Of a DNA stretch of 64,000 nt, positions 1 through 9,372 are shown piece after piece; position 1 is the first letter of the stretch, and each line of letters opens with the position of its first letter. The notes beneath the pieces were generated by a model that saw only the letters and a list, made by a program, of their open reading frames with translations, did not search any database and was not told where the DNA came from. A program made the translations under genes and the position numbers. Origin of the DNA: Planctomycetota bacterium (GTDB taxonomy: Bacteria > Planctomycetota > PUPC01 > JACPCR01); assembly GCA_016179685.1 (NCBI GenBank), contig JACPCR010000051.1, forward strand, positions 70,323 to 134,322, written 5' to 3'.

Positions 1-1271
1 TGGTGGCGGACGACCTCTCGCCCTCGGAGCTCATCTACCTGGAATCGCCCAAGCTCATGGGGGTGGTTCTGGCGAAGGGCGGGGTCACGTCCCACGTCTC
101 GATCCTGGCCAAGTCGCTGGAGCTTCCGACCGTGGTGGGGGTGACCGAGGTGCTGAAGGAGGTGTCGCCCGGGGATTTCGTGATCGTGGATGGGAACTCG
201 GGAGCGGTGTACATCAACCCGGACGAGACGGTGATCAGCGAGTACGTGCGGCTGCAGGCGGATTACCAGACGCTGGTCGAGGAGTTGAAAGAGTACCGGG
301 ACCTGCCTGCGGCGACGCTGGATGGGAAGAAGGTGCGGATCGAGGCGAATATCGGGCTGCACAGCGAAATCCCGCTGTGCCTGGAACAGGGTGCGGAAGG
401 GATCGGGCTCTACCGGACCGAGTTTCCGTTCCTCTCCCGGTCCAATTTTCCGACGGAGGAGGAGCAGTACACGATCCTGAAGCGGGCGAAGGAGGCGCTT
501 CATGGCCTTCGCCTGACGGTTCGGACCCTGGACATGGGGGGCGAGAAGACGTTGAGCTATTTTCCGATGCCCCAGCAGCAAAACCCTCTCCTCGGGTGGC
601 GGTCGGTGAGGCTGACCCTGGACGAGCCGGAGATTTTCCGGACGCAGCTTCGAGCGATCGTGAGGGCATCGGGGGATGACCCGGTGCGGGTGATGTTTCC
701 GATGGTTTCCGGGTTGGAGGAGCTTCGAGCGGCAAAGGCGTTGTTGCGGAGCGTGGTGGACGAGCTGGGGTGCAAGCCGCGACTGGAGATTGGAATCATG
801 ATCGAGGTGCCAGCCGCGGTGGGCACCGCGGACCGGTTGGCCCGGGAGGTGGATTTTTTCAGCATCGGGACGAATGATCTGGTCCAATACATTCTGGCGG
901 TCGATCGGAGCAATCCCAAGGTGTCGGACCGGTATCAGGAGCTGCATCCGGCCGTGCTGGCGGCTCTCGATCAGACTATCCGTGCGGGTAAAAACGCGGG
1001 CATCTCCGTGTCCGTCTGCGGTGAGATGGCCGGCTCCGCGGCCACGGCCATTCTGCTGGCAGGCATGGGCGTGGACTGCCTGAGCATGAGCCCGAACTCG
1101 ATCCCGTTCGTCAAGCGGGCCATCCGGAACATGGACACCCAGAAGGCAGGTGCCCTGGCCTCGAGCCTGCTCCGGCTCGACACGACCGCGGAGGTGGAGC
1201 GGAATCTGAGGGAGACGTTCAGGAGCTGGGGCATCCTGGAGCTGGTGGGATTGGAGCCCCTGGAAGGTTAG
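1..1271 (+). CDS. Phosphoenolpyruvate-protein phosphotransferase (PTS enzyme I / PtsP-like), 5' truncated by the window edge
   Basis: GGVTSHVSIL phospho-His motif, GIGLYRTEF, VRTLDMGGEK, NPLLGWRSVR, MIEVPAA, SIGTNDLVQY, CGEMAG. ptsI and ptsP cannot be distinguished without the N-terminus. Confidence 0.93.
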   Translation, partial: VADDLSPSELIYLESPKLMGVVLAKGGVTSHVSILAKSLELPTVVGVTEVLKEVSPGDFVIVDGNSGAVYINPDETVISEYVRLQADYQTLVEELKEYRDLPAATLDGKKVRIEANIGLHSEIPLCLEQGAEGIGLYRTEFPFLSRSNFPTEEEQYTILKRAKEALHGLRLTVRTLDMGGEKTLSYFPMPQQQNPLLGWRSVRLTLDEPEIFRTQLRAIVRASGDDPVRVMFPMVSGLEELRAAKALLRSVVDELGCKPRLEIGIMIEVPAAVGTADRLAREVDFFSIGTNDLVQYILAVDRSNPKVSDRYQELHPAVLAALDQTIRAGKNAGISVSVCGEMAGSAATAILLAGMGVDCLSMSPNSIPFVKRAIRNMDTQKAGALASSLLRLDTTAEVERNLRETFRSWGILELVGLEPLEG

Positions 1272-1297
1272 CGAAGCGCCGCATTCAACCCGCCCGT

Positions 1298-2032
1298 GTG
1301 GCTCGAGTGACCGCAACCGAAGAGAGAAGCGCATCGCGGCCGTCGCCGTCGGTCACCGTGGTGATCCCGGCCCTCAATGAGGAGTCCTCGATCGGCCTCG
1401 TGCTGGAGGAGGTCCCGCGGGACCTCGTCGGCGAGGTCATCGTCGTGGACAACGGATCGTCGGACGGAACGGCCGCTGCCGCCCGCGCTCAGGGCGCGCA
1501 GGTGGTGTTCGAGCCGCGCCGAGGATACGGCTCGGCCTGCCTCCGGGGCATCGCCTCCGCCGCCCGGCCCGAGATTCTGGTGTTCCTGGACGGGGATCAC
1601 AGCGATTGCCCCAGGGAGATGCGGCAGTTGCTCGAGCCGATCGTGCAGGACCGGGCCGATCTGGTCCTGGGGTCCCGGATTCTCGGCCGGTGTGAAGCGG
1701 GTGCGCTCCCTCTGCACGCGGCTTGGGGCAACCGGCTGGCGACGTTCTTGATCCGCAAGCTGACCGGCTACGGGTACACGGACCTGGGCCCCTTTCGGGC
1801 GATCCGGAGTTCGAGCCTGGAGTCCCTCAGAATGGAAGACCCCGACTTTGGCTGGACGGCCGAGATGCAGATCAAGGCCGCCCGAGCCGGCTTGCGCATC
1901 CTGGAGGTCCCGGTGAGCTATCGGCGGAGGACCGGGAGATCGAAGATCAGCGGAACGGTGGTCGGCAGCCTGCGGGCCGGAGTGAAGATTCTGCTCACGA
2001 TCGGGCGCTACGGCTGCTGGCGGCCGCGTTGA
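1298..2032 (+). CDS. Glycosyltransferase family 2 (DPM1-like)
   Basis: VVIPALNEE, VVDNGSSDGT, GYGSAC, FLDGDHSD, DLGPFRAI, EVPVSYRRRTGRSKISGT. Confidence 0.9.
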   Translation: MARVTATEERSASRPSPSVTVVIPALNEESSIGLVLEEVPRDLVGEVIVVDNGSSDGTAAAARAQGAQVVFEPRRGYGSACLRGIASAARPEILVFLDGDHSDCPREMRQLLEPIVQDRADLVLGSRILGRCEAGALPLHAAWGNRLATFLIRKLTGYGYTDLGPFRAIRSSSLESLRMEDPDFGWTAEMQIKAARAGLRILEVPVSYRRRTGRSKISGTVVGSLRAGVKILLTIGRYGCWRPR

Positions 2033-2193
2033 ACGGTGGGGTGACCGCCGCTAGAATCACCATGCGGGTGCGCGGAGACGAACTTTCAATTTCAAATCCT
2101 CGCACTTCACGAGATGGACCGGATTGCATTTCCGAGACTGAGGGGGAAGAGGGTGTTGAGAGTCTGAAGGTGTAGGCGCTTGGGGCGTCAAAT

Positions 2194-3405
2194 TTGAAAA
2201 GGCTTTTTAAGTTTGGGCGACCCTTCAAGAGGTATAGGAACTTTTTCGACCCCGATTGCCACGCGCGCTCAATCGAGATGATCCAGGATAAATTGAAAAG
2301 TTGGAAATTGGAGTTAGAGATTTTGCTTACCCGCCAGGTTTGGGCCGGCGAAGCCGGGCCAAACCTGGCTCTGAAATCCGCGAGCCCGAAGGGCGCAGCG
2401 GATTTCATTAGGCGCTTATCTTGTTTTCAAAGGCTGACGTGCGTCCTGATCGCCCTCGTGCCGATCCGCACGGGCGAGGCCGAATCCGCGGGCTCGGAAG
2501 TCATCGCCAGTCAGAACCAAGTGGTGGCCATCGTGAATTCGGAGGTCATCACCATGCTGGACGTCTTGCAGACGATGCCCGTGCGGCCGCAGGGGGTCGA
2601 TGACGAGGAGTGGCTGAAGATCCGATTCCAGGTCTTCAAGGACCGCCTGAAGGGCCTCATCGAGCGCAAGCTGTTGTACCAAGAGGCGAAGCTGGCCCAG
2701 ATCGAGTTGTTGCCAGACGAGATGGACGAGGCGGTGGAGCAGCGCTGGCAGCGGAGCTTCGGGCAGAAGAAGGACTTTCTCGAGTACTTGAAGGGGATGA
2801 ACATGACTCTGGGGGACTTCCAGGAACAGGTGAAGGAGGACCTGATGGCCCGGGCGATCATTCAGAGGCGCATCCAGTTCGACAATTCCGTGAGCACGAA
2901 GGAGCTGGTGTCCTATTACGAGGAACATCTCTCCGATTTCACGATGAACGAGAAGCGCAAGCTGTCCATTATCCAGGTCCCGGTGAAACTGGAGAGCGGC
3001 GAAGAGGGCGAGGCCTTGGCGCGTTCCCTGGTGAAGCGGCTGCGGCAGAATCCGGTCGAATTTGCGGCGCTGGCCCGGACGCATTCGATCGGCCCGGGCG
3101 CCGCCGCGGGAGGGGACTGGGGCTGGCAGCAGCCGTCGGGCATGCTGGATGCCCTGCGCGAGACGGCCTTCCGCCTTGCCGTGGGGCAGGTCTCTGACGT
3201 GATCGCGACGCGTGCGGGCTGCTTCATCCTGAAGGTCGAGGCGTCGGTCGATGGCAGGGTCCAGCCCTTCGAAGAGGCCCAGGCGACCATCCGCCAGAAG
3301 CTCCAGTCCCAACGTTTCGCCGAGCATCGTACCAAGCTCATCGAGGATCTGACCCTCCGCGGCTACGTTGTGCCCTTCCTCCCCAATCCCGATATGCTGC
3401 GGTAG
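2194..3405 (+). CDS. SurA/PrsA-like peptidyl-prolyl isomerase (SurA N-domain + parvulin domain); start uncertain
   Basis: VVAIVNSEVIT SurA N-terminal motif; FAALARTHSIGPGAAAGGDWGW...AFRLAVGQVSDVI rotamase motif. The first ~70 codons overlap a palindromic repeat and may not be translated. Confidence 0.85.
   Translation: MKRLFKFGRPFKRYRNFFDPDCHARSIEMIQDKLKSWKLELEILLTRQVWAGEAGPNLALKSASPKGAADFIRRLSCFQRLTCVLIALVPIRTGEAESAGSEVIASQNQVVAIVNSEVITMLDVLQTMPVRPQGVDDEEWLKIRFQVFKDRLKGLIERKLLYQEAKLAQIELLPDEMDEAVEQRWQRSFGQKKDFLEYLKGMNMTLGDFQEQVKEDLMARAIIQRRIQFDNSVSTKELVSYYEEHLSDFTMNEKRKLSIIQVPVKLESGEEGEALARSLVKRLRQNPVEFAALARTHSIGPGAAAGGDWGWQQPSGMLDALRETAFRLAVGQVSDVIATRAGCFILKVEASVDGRVQPFEEAQATIRQKLQSQRFAEHRTKLIEDLTLRGYVVPFLPNPDMLR
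2333..2407 (+). repeat. REP-like double hairpin, homologous to 52056-52131
   Basis: gccaggtttgg-g-ccggc-gaa-gccgg-g-ccaaacctggc followed by tgaaatcc...ggatttca. Confidence 0.88.
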
Positions 3406-3508
3406 TGCTTGAGGCGGAAGGTGCGGCGTCGTTTCACGCCTCGGTCCGGAGCGTAGCGCCGCATCAAACCGTGGCCCTTTCTACCTGGTCTGCCGCACCG
3501 TAAATCCT

Positions 3509-4657
3509 GTGTTCAAGGATACTGATGCCCCCCTCGTTGTGGTCGGTGGAGGAGTGGCCGGCTCGTGTGCGGCAGCTCTCCTGGCACGCCAGGGCATCCC
3601 GGTCACCCTCCTGGAAAGAGAGGAGATGCCGCGCCACAAGGTGTGCGGCGAGTATCTGTCCGGCGAGAGCCTCTCCCTGCTGGAAGTCGTGGGCGTGGCC
3701 AGGCCCGTCATCGAGAGGGCGGGTGTCTGGCTCGATCGGGTCAGCTTCTTCTCGCCATCGGGCCGGAGGGCATCCATCGAGCTTCGGCCCGAGCAGAAGG
3801 CCCTCTCCATCCGGCGCTACGATCTGGACTGGATACTTTTCGAGAATGCGGCGGCTTCGGGCGCACAAACGCGGCAGGGCTGCCGGGTGACGGGACACGA
3901 GGCCACGGACTCGGCGGTGGTCTTAAAACTGGCGGCCGGTGAAGAGATTCGGGCCTCACTCGTCATCGCGGCGGATGGACTTCGTTCCCGTTTCGCCGAA
4001 GCGGCCGCCCCGCAGAGGTCCGGCCAGAGGCTCTTCGGTTTCAAGGCCTATTGGGGCAACCTCTCGCTTCCGGCCAGCGAGATCGAGATGTACTTCACCC
4101 CGCAGGGATACGGCGGGTTCTCCCCCGTGGATGCCGAAACGGTCAACGGCACGTTCCTGGTCTCTGAAGGCCTCGTTAGGAGTCTGGGCGGCCAGGAAGA
4201 GGCGATCTTCGCGCAGGGCGTCCTCTCGAACCCGGTGGCCGCCGAGCGCATCGGGCCTGCCCGAAGGCTCTCCCGCTGGTGGTCCACGGGACCGATCGAG
4301 TACGGCATGCGCCGGCGATTCGGCCCGAGGGTCATCCCCGTCGGTGACGCGCTGGCGGTCACCGAGCAATTTGCGGGGGAAGGGATGGGGATGGCCATCA
4401 AGAGCGCCCTGCTGCTGGCCGCGCTGCTGCGGCGCGAGCCGGAGCTTCTGGGAGATGGTGAGGCCCTGCGGGCGAGGTATCTGACGCTCTACCGGCGGAC
4501 TTTCGCCTGGAAGATGCGTCTGCTGGGCCTGCTGCGGTGCGCGATGGCCTCGCGGGAAGGCGCCGAGTCCGTGCTGGCGGTGCTGAGGTGGTGTCCCTGG
4601 CTCTTCCAGGCCTTTTATTCATGGAGCCGGTCGGATTATCGGAGGTTTTCCAAATGA
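3509..4657 (+). CDS. FAD-dependent oxidoreductase (geranylgeranyl reductase / FixC-like)
   Basis: VVVGGGVAGS Rossmann motif, PRHKVCGE, IRRYDLD, VIAADGLRS, VGDA...GEGMGMA. Confidence 0.85.
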   Translation: MFKDTDAPLVVVGGGVAGSCAAALLARQGIPVTLLEREEMPRHKVCGEYLSGESLSLLEVVGVARPVIERAGVWLDRVSFFSPSGRRASIELRPEQKALSIRRYDLDWILFENAAASGAQTRQGCRVTGHEATDSAVVLKLAAGEEIRASLVIAADGLRSRFAEAAAPQRSGQRLFGFKAYWGNLSLPASEIEMYFTPQGYGGFSPVDAETVNGTFLVSEGLVRSLGGQEEAIFAQGVLSNPVAAERIGPARRLSRWWSTGPIEYGMRRRFGPRVIPVGDALAVTEQFAGEGMGMAIKSALLLAALLRREPELLGDGEALRARYLTLYRRTFAWKMRLLGLLRCAMASREGAESVLAVLRWCPWLFQAFYSWSRSDYRRFSK

Positions 4658-4727
4658 TATCGCAAACTCGGCTTACGCCCCGCGGCGAAATCAGATTTTC
4701 GTAAACTTTTTCAACATCAGCGAACGC

Positions 4728-5017
4728 TTGGAGGCGTGTGCCGAGGCGTTCAAGCATCTCGGATTCGAAGAGTGCCAAAACCCTGGCCTGAAAGGAGGGT
4801 GGGAGAAGGTGGCAATTTTCGGCAGGGACGATCGGTCGCCTGCACATGCTGCTCGGCCACTTCGGGACGGAAGCTGGACAAGCAGCTTGGCAAGTTGGAG
4901 GACATTAAACACCAAGATGTGGACGAACTGAGTGGGGCAAATTACGGGAGGCCAGTCGTGTTCCTTCGGCGCAGAATCCCACCCAATCCTCAGACGAGTC
5001 GGGTGGAGCACCCGTGA
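4728..5017 (+). pseudogene. Frameshifted, 5'-truncated remnant of a conserved hypothetical protein
   Basis: One frame reads EKVAIFG...PAHAARPLRDGSWTS and another continues LGKLEDIKH...YGRPVVFLRRR. Adding one base near 4884 gives WTSKLGKLEDIKH. Confidence 0.6.
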
Positions 5018-5101
5018 GCACACGAGTCCTTCGCCCGTGGACTGAGCTCGTGGGGCTGCACCCCGATGGAGCCCGAAGGGCGGAGTGGAATTCATGAGCT
5101 G

Positions 5102-6397
5102 TCACGACGCGGAAAGGGACCGGGCGAGGTCCGTGAGAGCGTTGAAGATGAGCTCTTCGGACTCGGGACGGACCATCAGGGTGCCGTAGAACTGGTAGGC
5201 CATATCGACCTCGTAGCCTCCAAAGGGATATTCCTCGGCCGGGGGCACGTAACCGAGGCAGCCATTGGAGTAGGCGAGGATGAAGTTGTAGGGGAAAGGG
5301 GAGAGCCCGCGCCATCGGAGATCGTACCGGACCAGCATCTCCCCGGATAGGGCGGAGATCAGACCGTCGCCCATCCGGAGGCACTGAATCTCGATGGGCT
5401 GGGAGAAGCCGGTCAGGCCCGCCTGTGAAAGCTCGCAAACGGCCCGGGCCCACTCGACAAGTCCGGCATAGAAAAGGAGGTAACCGCGGTTCTTCGATTC
5501 CGACCGCGTTTTCTCGTCAACAGATTCCTTCTGCTTGAGCGTCTCCCGGGCCTCGGCCAGGGGCGGGGGATCGAACTGCGGAAGCAGGACGGTCCGGGAA
5601 GCGGCGCGGAGGGTGGCGGAAGGCTGGACCTGGATGGAGGCGGCGACGCGGGCCGCTTCCGCGCCCAGGCTGTTCCCGGCACGGTCCGAGACGCCGAAGT
5701 CATTGCCGATGCCCACCTCGGGGTTGATGTCTCCGCAACAACCTTGAGCGAAGAGGCCGAGCGCGCCCGGGAAGGCCCTCTCGATGGCGTCCACAGCGGC
5801 CCCGGGATAATCCCGGGAGAGTTGGAGGTTGGAGGGGCCCAGGATGACCGGATGGACGGCGCAGGAGAACAGGATGGCGAGCGGATGCCCGGTGCCGGCG
5901 CGGTCCACGCGCAGGACATCGACCCCATCGGATCGGGGCGCCTGCGGCTTCCGGGGATGCCGGCGGTTCAGGCCCAGGCGGAGCTGGCCGTTCCCGAACC
6001 CCAGTTCGGCCGGCTCGAGGCGTTCTGCGGCCATCTGCACGACCCCGGCGACTTGCCGACGGAGAACGTCCAGGTAGTGTGAATCAAGCGATCCCAGCCC
6101 GCGCAGGGAGATGGTGGCGGGACCGGAGTGGGTGTGCGAGGCGCTGAGCAGAAGGTGGTCGCCCGCCATCCCGGTCCGCCGCTGGACCTCCCGCCGAATC
6201 CAGTCCACGATCCCGAAATCCAGGCTGAGCAGGTCCATCGTGACGATCCCGATCCGCTCGGACCCCTCTTCGAGTACGAGGGCTCGCGCGTGGAGCGGGT
6301 CCCGAACGCCCCGGGATGGCCCCGGACGGGCTGCAAAGCCCGTCATGTCCACACCTATCGGAGGAGTGATATCGACGCGGGCGCAACCGGCTTTCAT
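5102..6397 (-). CDS. Neutral/alkaline ceramidase N-terminal-domain family hydrolase
   Basis: Starts MKAGCARVDITPP...GF...DPLHARALVL; SASHTHSGP, AVHP, QGCCGDINP, GYVP...GGYE. ATG at 6397 overlaps the moeB stop (ATGA); the ORF-track extension to 6814 overlaps moeB. Confidence 0.85.
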   Translation of the reverse strand: MKAGCARVDITPPIGVDMTGFAARPGPSRGVRDPLHARALVLEEGSERIGIVTMDLLSLDFGIVDWIRREVQRRTGMAGDHLLLSASHTHSGPATISLRGLGSLDSHYLDVLRRQVAGVVQMAAERLEPAELGFGNGQLRLGLNRRHPRKPQAPRSDGVDVLRVDRAGTGHPLAILFSCAVHPVILGPSNLQLSRDYPGAAVDAIERAFPGALGLFAQGCCGDINPEVGIGNDFGVSDRAGNSLGAEAARVAASIQVQPSATLRAASRTVLLPQFDPPPLAEARETLKQKESVDEKTRSESKNRGYLLFYAGLVEWARAVCELSQAGLTGFSQPIEIQCLRMGDGLISALSGEMLVRYDLRWRGLSPFPYNFILAYSNGCLGYVPPAEEYPFGGYEVDMAYQFYGTLMVRPESEELIFNALTDLARSLSAS

Positions 6398-7545
6398 GTG
6401 GCGTACCGGGGCATTTTCGGGTCGATGCGCTGGGCCCAGGCATCGATGCCACCGGCCAGGTTCTTGAGCTTGCGGAAACCTGCCTGCCGCAGGAACTGGA
6501 GGGCTCGCATACTGCGGATGCCCCGGTGGCAATGCAGGATAATCTCCTGGGCGCTGTTGAGCTGGTTGATGGAGGAGGTGAACCGGCTCAGAGGCATCAG
6601 TTTGGCCCCGGAAATGCTGCAAATCTGGAATTCGTGAGGCTCGCGGACGTCCACCAAGAGGAAATCGTCGCCGCGATCGAGTTTCGCCTTCAGCTCCTCC
6701 GGAGTGATCAGAAACTCCTCCGGCGTCTGAGGCTGGGCTGCCCCGTGCACGCCGCAGAACTGCTCGTAGTCCACCAATGCGGTGAGGGTCGGCTTTTCCC
6801 CGCAGATCGGGCACTTCGGGTCTTTGGCAAGCTTCAACTCCGTGAACGTCATCGCCAGGGCGTCATAAAGCAGCAGTCGGCCGACCAGGGGATCGCCCGT
6901 GCCCAGGATGAGCTTCACGGCTTCCGTCGCCTGGATGATCCCGATGATGCCCGGTAGGACGCCGAGAACTCCGCCTTCGGCGCAGCTCGGCACCATACCG
7001 GGCGGCGGAGGCTCTGGATACAGGCATCGGTAGCACGGCCCGCGGCGGGCGTCAAAAACGCTGGCCTGACCCTCGAAACGAAAAATGCTGCCATACACGT
7101 TGGGCTTGCCCAGAAGAACGCAGACGTCATTCACCAGATACCGCGTCGGAAAATTGTCGGTGCCGTCAATGATGATGTCGTAGTCCTTGGCGATCTCCAT
7201 GGCGTTCTCGGAGGTGAGCCGGCTCTCGTAACCGACGATTTCCACCGAGGGGTTGATGGCCTTCAGGTGATCCTTGGCGGACTGGAGCTTCGGCCGGCCC
7301 ACGTCCTGGGTCGTGTGAAGGACCTGACGCTGGAGGTTCGTGAAATCGACCACGTCGAAATCCACGATGCCGATACGGCCCACGCCCGCCGCGGTCAAGT
7401 ACAGTCCCAGGGGCGAGCCCAATCCGCCCGCCCCGATCAACAGAATGCTGGAATTCCTAAGCTTCTGCTGGCCGCCCAGCCCCACTTCCGGCATGATCAG
7501 ATGCCGGCTATAACGATAAATCTCTTCGTTGGTCAATTGCGCCAT
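6394..7545 (-). CDS. moeB: Molybdopterin-synthase adenylyltransferase MoeB/MoeZ (ThiF/E1 domain + C-terminal rhodanese)
   Basis: RYSRHLIMPEVG, GAGGLGSP, NLQRQ, DGTDNF, CYRC, PSCAEGGVLG, CPICG, rhodanese CHRGIRS and NLAGGIDAW. Confidence 0.93.
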   Translation of the reverse strand: MAQLTNEEIYRYSRHLIMPEVGLGGQQKLRNSSILLIGAGGLGSPLGLYLTAAGVGRIGIVDFDVVDFTNLQRQVLHTTQDVGRPKLQSAKDHLKAINPSVEIVGYESRLTSENAMEIAKDYDIIIDGTDNFPTRYLVNDVCVLLGKPNVYGSIFRFEGQASVFDARRGPCYRCLYPEPPPPGMVPSCAEGGVLGVLPGIIGIIQATEAVKLILGTGDPLVGRLLLYDALAMTFTELKLAKDPKCPICGEKPTLTALVDYEQFCGVHGAAQPQTPEEFLITPEELKAKLDRGDDFLLVDVREPHEFQICSISGAKLMPLSRFTSSINQLNSAQEIILHCHRGIRSMRALQFLRQAGFRKLKNLAGGIDAWAQRIDPKMPRYAT

Positions 7546-7882
7546 GGTCAAAAAGTCCGGATGTGAGGGGAGGAGATGTTCAGCTAAAGCCGTCACTCCA
7601 ACTCTGGTTGCGACCTCGCAAACTTGTCCTCCCGGAAGGATCCTCCCCAAGGGATCACTCCCACAGGGACAAGGTGGGGACGTTGGGACTATGGGAGAGT
7701 CCCGCGGGTAGGAGTCAGGCCGCGTTAAGCGTGAAGTGACCCGTTATCAGTCACCCGGCCCCCTTCATAACTTTGAAATCATTCCTTGAGGATCTGATTA
7801 TAAGCGCCGCCAGCCGCCTTTCAATATACGCTCCAGAGAGGGAGCGTTGAAAACCTCAGTCATAGCGGGCACGGCTCATGGG

Positions 7883-7891
7883 TGTTATAAT
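7883..7891 (+). promoter_or_regulatory. Extended -10 promoter element (TGnTATAAT) upstream of the SufS-like gene
   Basis: TGTTATAAT followed by an AT-rich leader about 90 nt before the ORF. Confidence 0.5.
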
Positions 7892-7982
7892 TTTTCTTTG
7901 GGATTTTAAAGATTTTCATTTAAAATATAGCAAATTGTAGAGAAGAGACTTCGATAGTAGTGTGGCGCTCTGAGGATTACCT

Positions 7983-9317
7983 TTGACTGGTACGATGAAC
8001 CCTCGCAACCCGTTGGACTGGGATGCCATACGCCATGACTTCCCCGCGTTGTTCCGGTCGCGGAACGATCGTCCGCCCATCTTCCTGGACAATGCGTGCA
8101 GCACCATACCTTGTCAAGCAGTGATCGATTCGCTTAACGATTACTGCCTGAACTACCCCGCCTGCGGCGAGCGCAGCCTGCACTACTGGGGCCGGAAGGT
8201 GGATGAAGAGGTCGCACGGGCTCGGCGTGCGATTGCCGAGTTCATTCATGCGAAGGACCCTACCCAGATCATTTTTGTGAAGAATTCCACGGAGGGCTTG
8301 AACCTGGTGGGCCGGGGACTCCATTGGGAGAAAGGCGACGTCGTGGTGACCGGCGATCGGGAGCACAATTCGAACCGATGCTGCTGGGAGGACCTGGGTC
8401 GGGAGACCGGTATTCGTCGAAAAGTCATCCGGCGGGATGGGACCCATGACCCCGGGTCCGAATTTGACGTGAATTATTTTCTCGGGGAGTTGGCGGAGAC
8501 GCCGAGGGTGAAGCTGGTCAGCCTGGCGCTGACCTCGAACCTGGACGGGTACACGATTCCGTCGGAAGCGATCAGGAGGGTCACGGCGTATGCTCACTCG
8601 GAGGTCTTGCGGAGGGATTTGAAGGATTTTTACGTCATGTTGGATGCGGCCCAGACGGTCCCTCATCAGGCGGTGGACGTACAGGACCTGGACGTAGATT
8701 TTCTGGCTTTCTCGGTCCACAAGATGTGTGGCCCGACGGGTCTGGGCGTGTGTTACATGAAGGACCCCGATCTTCTGGAGCGTTCTCTGATTACGGGAGG
8801 CGGGACGGTGGCGAACACGTTCGACGACGGCCGCGCACCCATCTATCTCCGGTCGCCTCAGAAGTATGAAGCGGGACTGCAGCACTGGTCCGGCATTCTT
8901 GGCGCCGGCGTTGCGGCCGATTATCTGAAGGACAAGATGGTGGCCTTGTCCGATCGCGAGCTGGAGCTGAATCGAATTTTGACCGAGGGCTTCATGCCCT
9001 ATCATGAGAAGGAGGTGATCACGATTTTGGGGCCGCTGGACCCGGCGAAGCGCGGCTCCATCTGCACCATCGAGGTGCATCCCCGGGACGAGCAGGAGGA
9101 CATGGGGCGGTTTCTTCGAGAAGAGGTATTGAGCCGGACCGACGAACGGAATCTGATGTTCCGGACCGGAGACTTCTGCGTTTCACCCTATTGCCGGCAC
9201 GTTCGGGGCGAGCGGATTGCCCGGATACGTTTTTCGCTGTATCTCTACAACACCCCGGACGAGTGTCGCACTGCTCTCGACGTATTTCGCCCGATCCTGG
9301 CCCGGCGTCTTCCGTAA
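7983..9317 (+). CDS. Cysteine desulfurase, SufS/CsdA-like (aminotransferase class V)
   Basis: IRHDFPAL...FLDNA, KNSTEGLN, EHNSN, LDAAQTVPH, PLP-Lys motif FSVHKMCGPTG, RTGDFCV (cf. RxGxHCA), RFSLYLYNT. Start is TTG 7983 or ATG 7995. Confidence 0.88.
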   Translation: MTGTMNPRNPLDWDAIRHDFPALFRSRNDRPPIFLDNACSTIPCQAVIDSLNDYCLNYPACGERSLHYWGRKVDEEVARARRAIAEFIHAKDPTQIIFVKNSTEGLNLVGRGLHWEKGDVVVTGDREHNSNRCCWEDLGRETGIRRKVIRRDGTHDPGSEFDVNYFLGELAETPRVKLVSLALTSNLDGYTIPSEAIRRVTAYAHSEVLRRDLKDFYVMLDAAQTVPHQAVDVQDLDVDFLAFSVHKMCGPTGLGVCYMKDPDLLERSLITGGGTVANTFDDGRAPIYLRSPQKYEAGLQHWSGILGAGVAADYLKDKMVALSDRELELNRILTEGFMPYHEKEVITILGPLDPAKRGSICTIEVHPRDEQEDMGRFLREEVLSRTDERNLMFRTGDFCVSPYCRHVRGERIARIRFSLYLYNTPDECRTALDVFRPILARRLP

Positions 9318-9372
9318 CGGAGTCGTTCTCGTTATTTCTTTCCGGCACGAGGGGTTATGATGAGGCGCAGTC

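Noticed and set aside
7546-7880. Moco/SAM riboswitch or ThiS/MoaD sulfur-carrier gene upstream of moeB
   Set aside because: No recognisable riboswitch consensus and no small ORF ending in Gly-Gly; only a modest hairpin at ~7818-7852.
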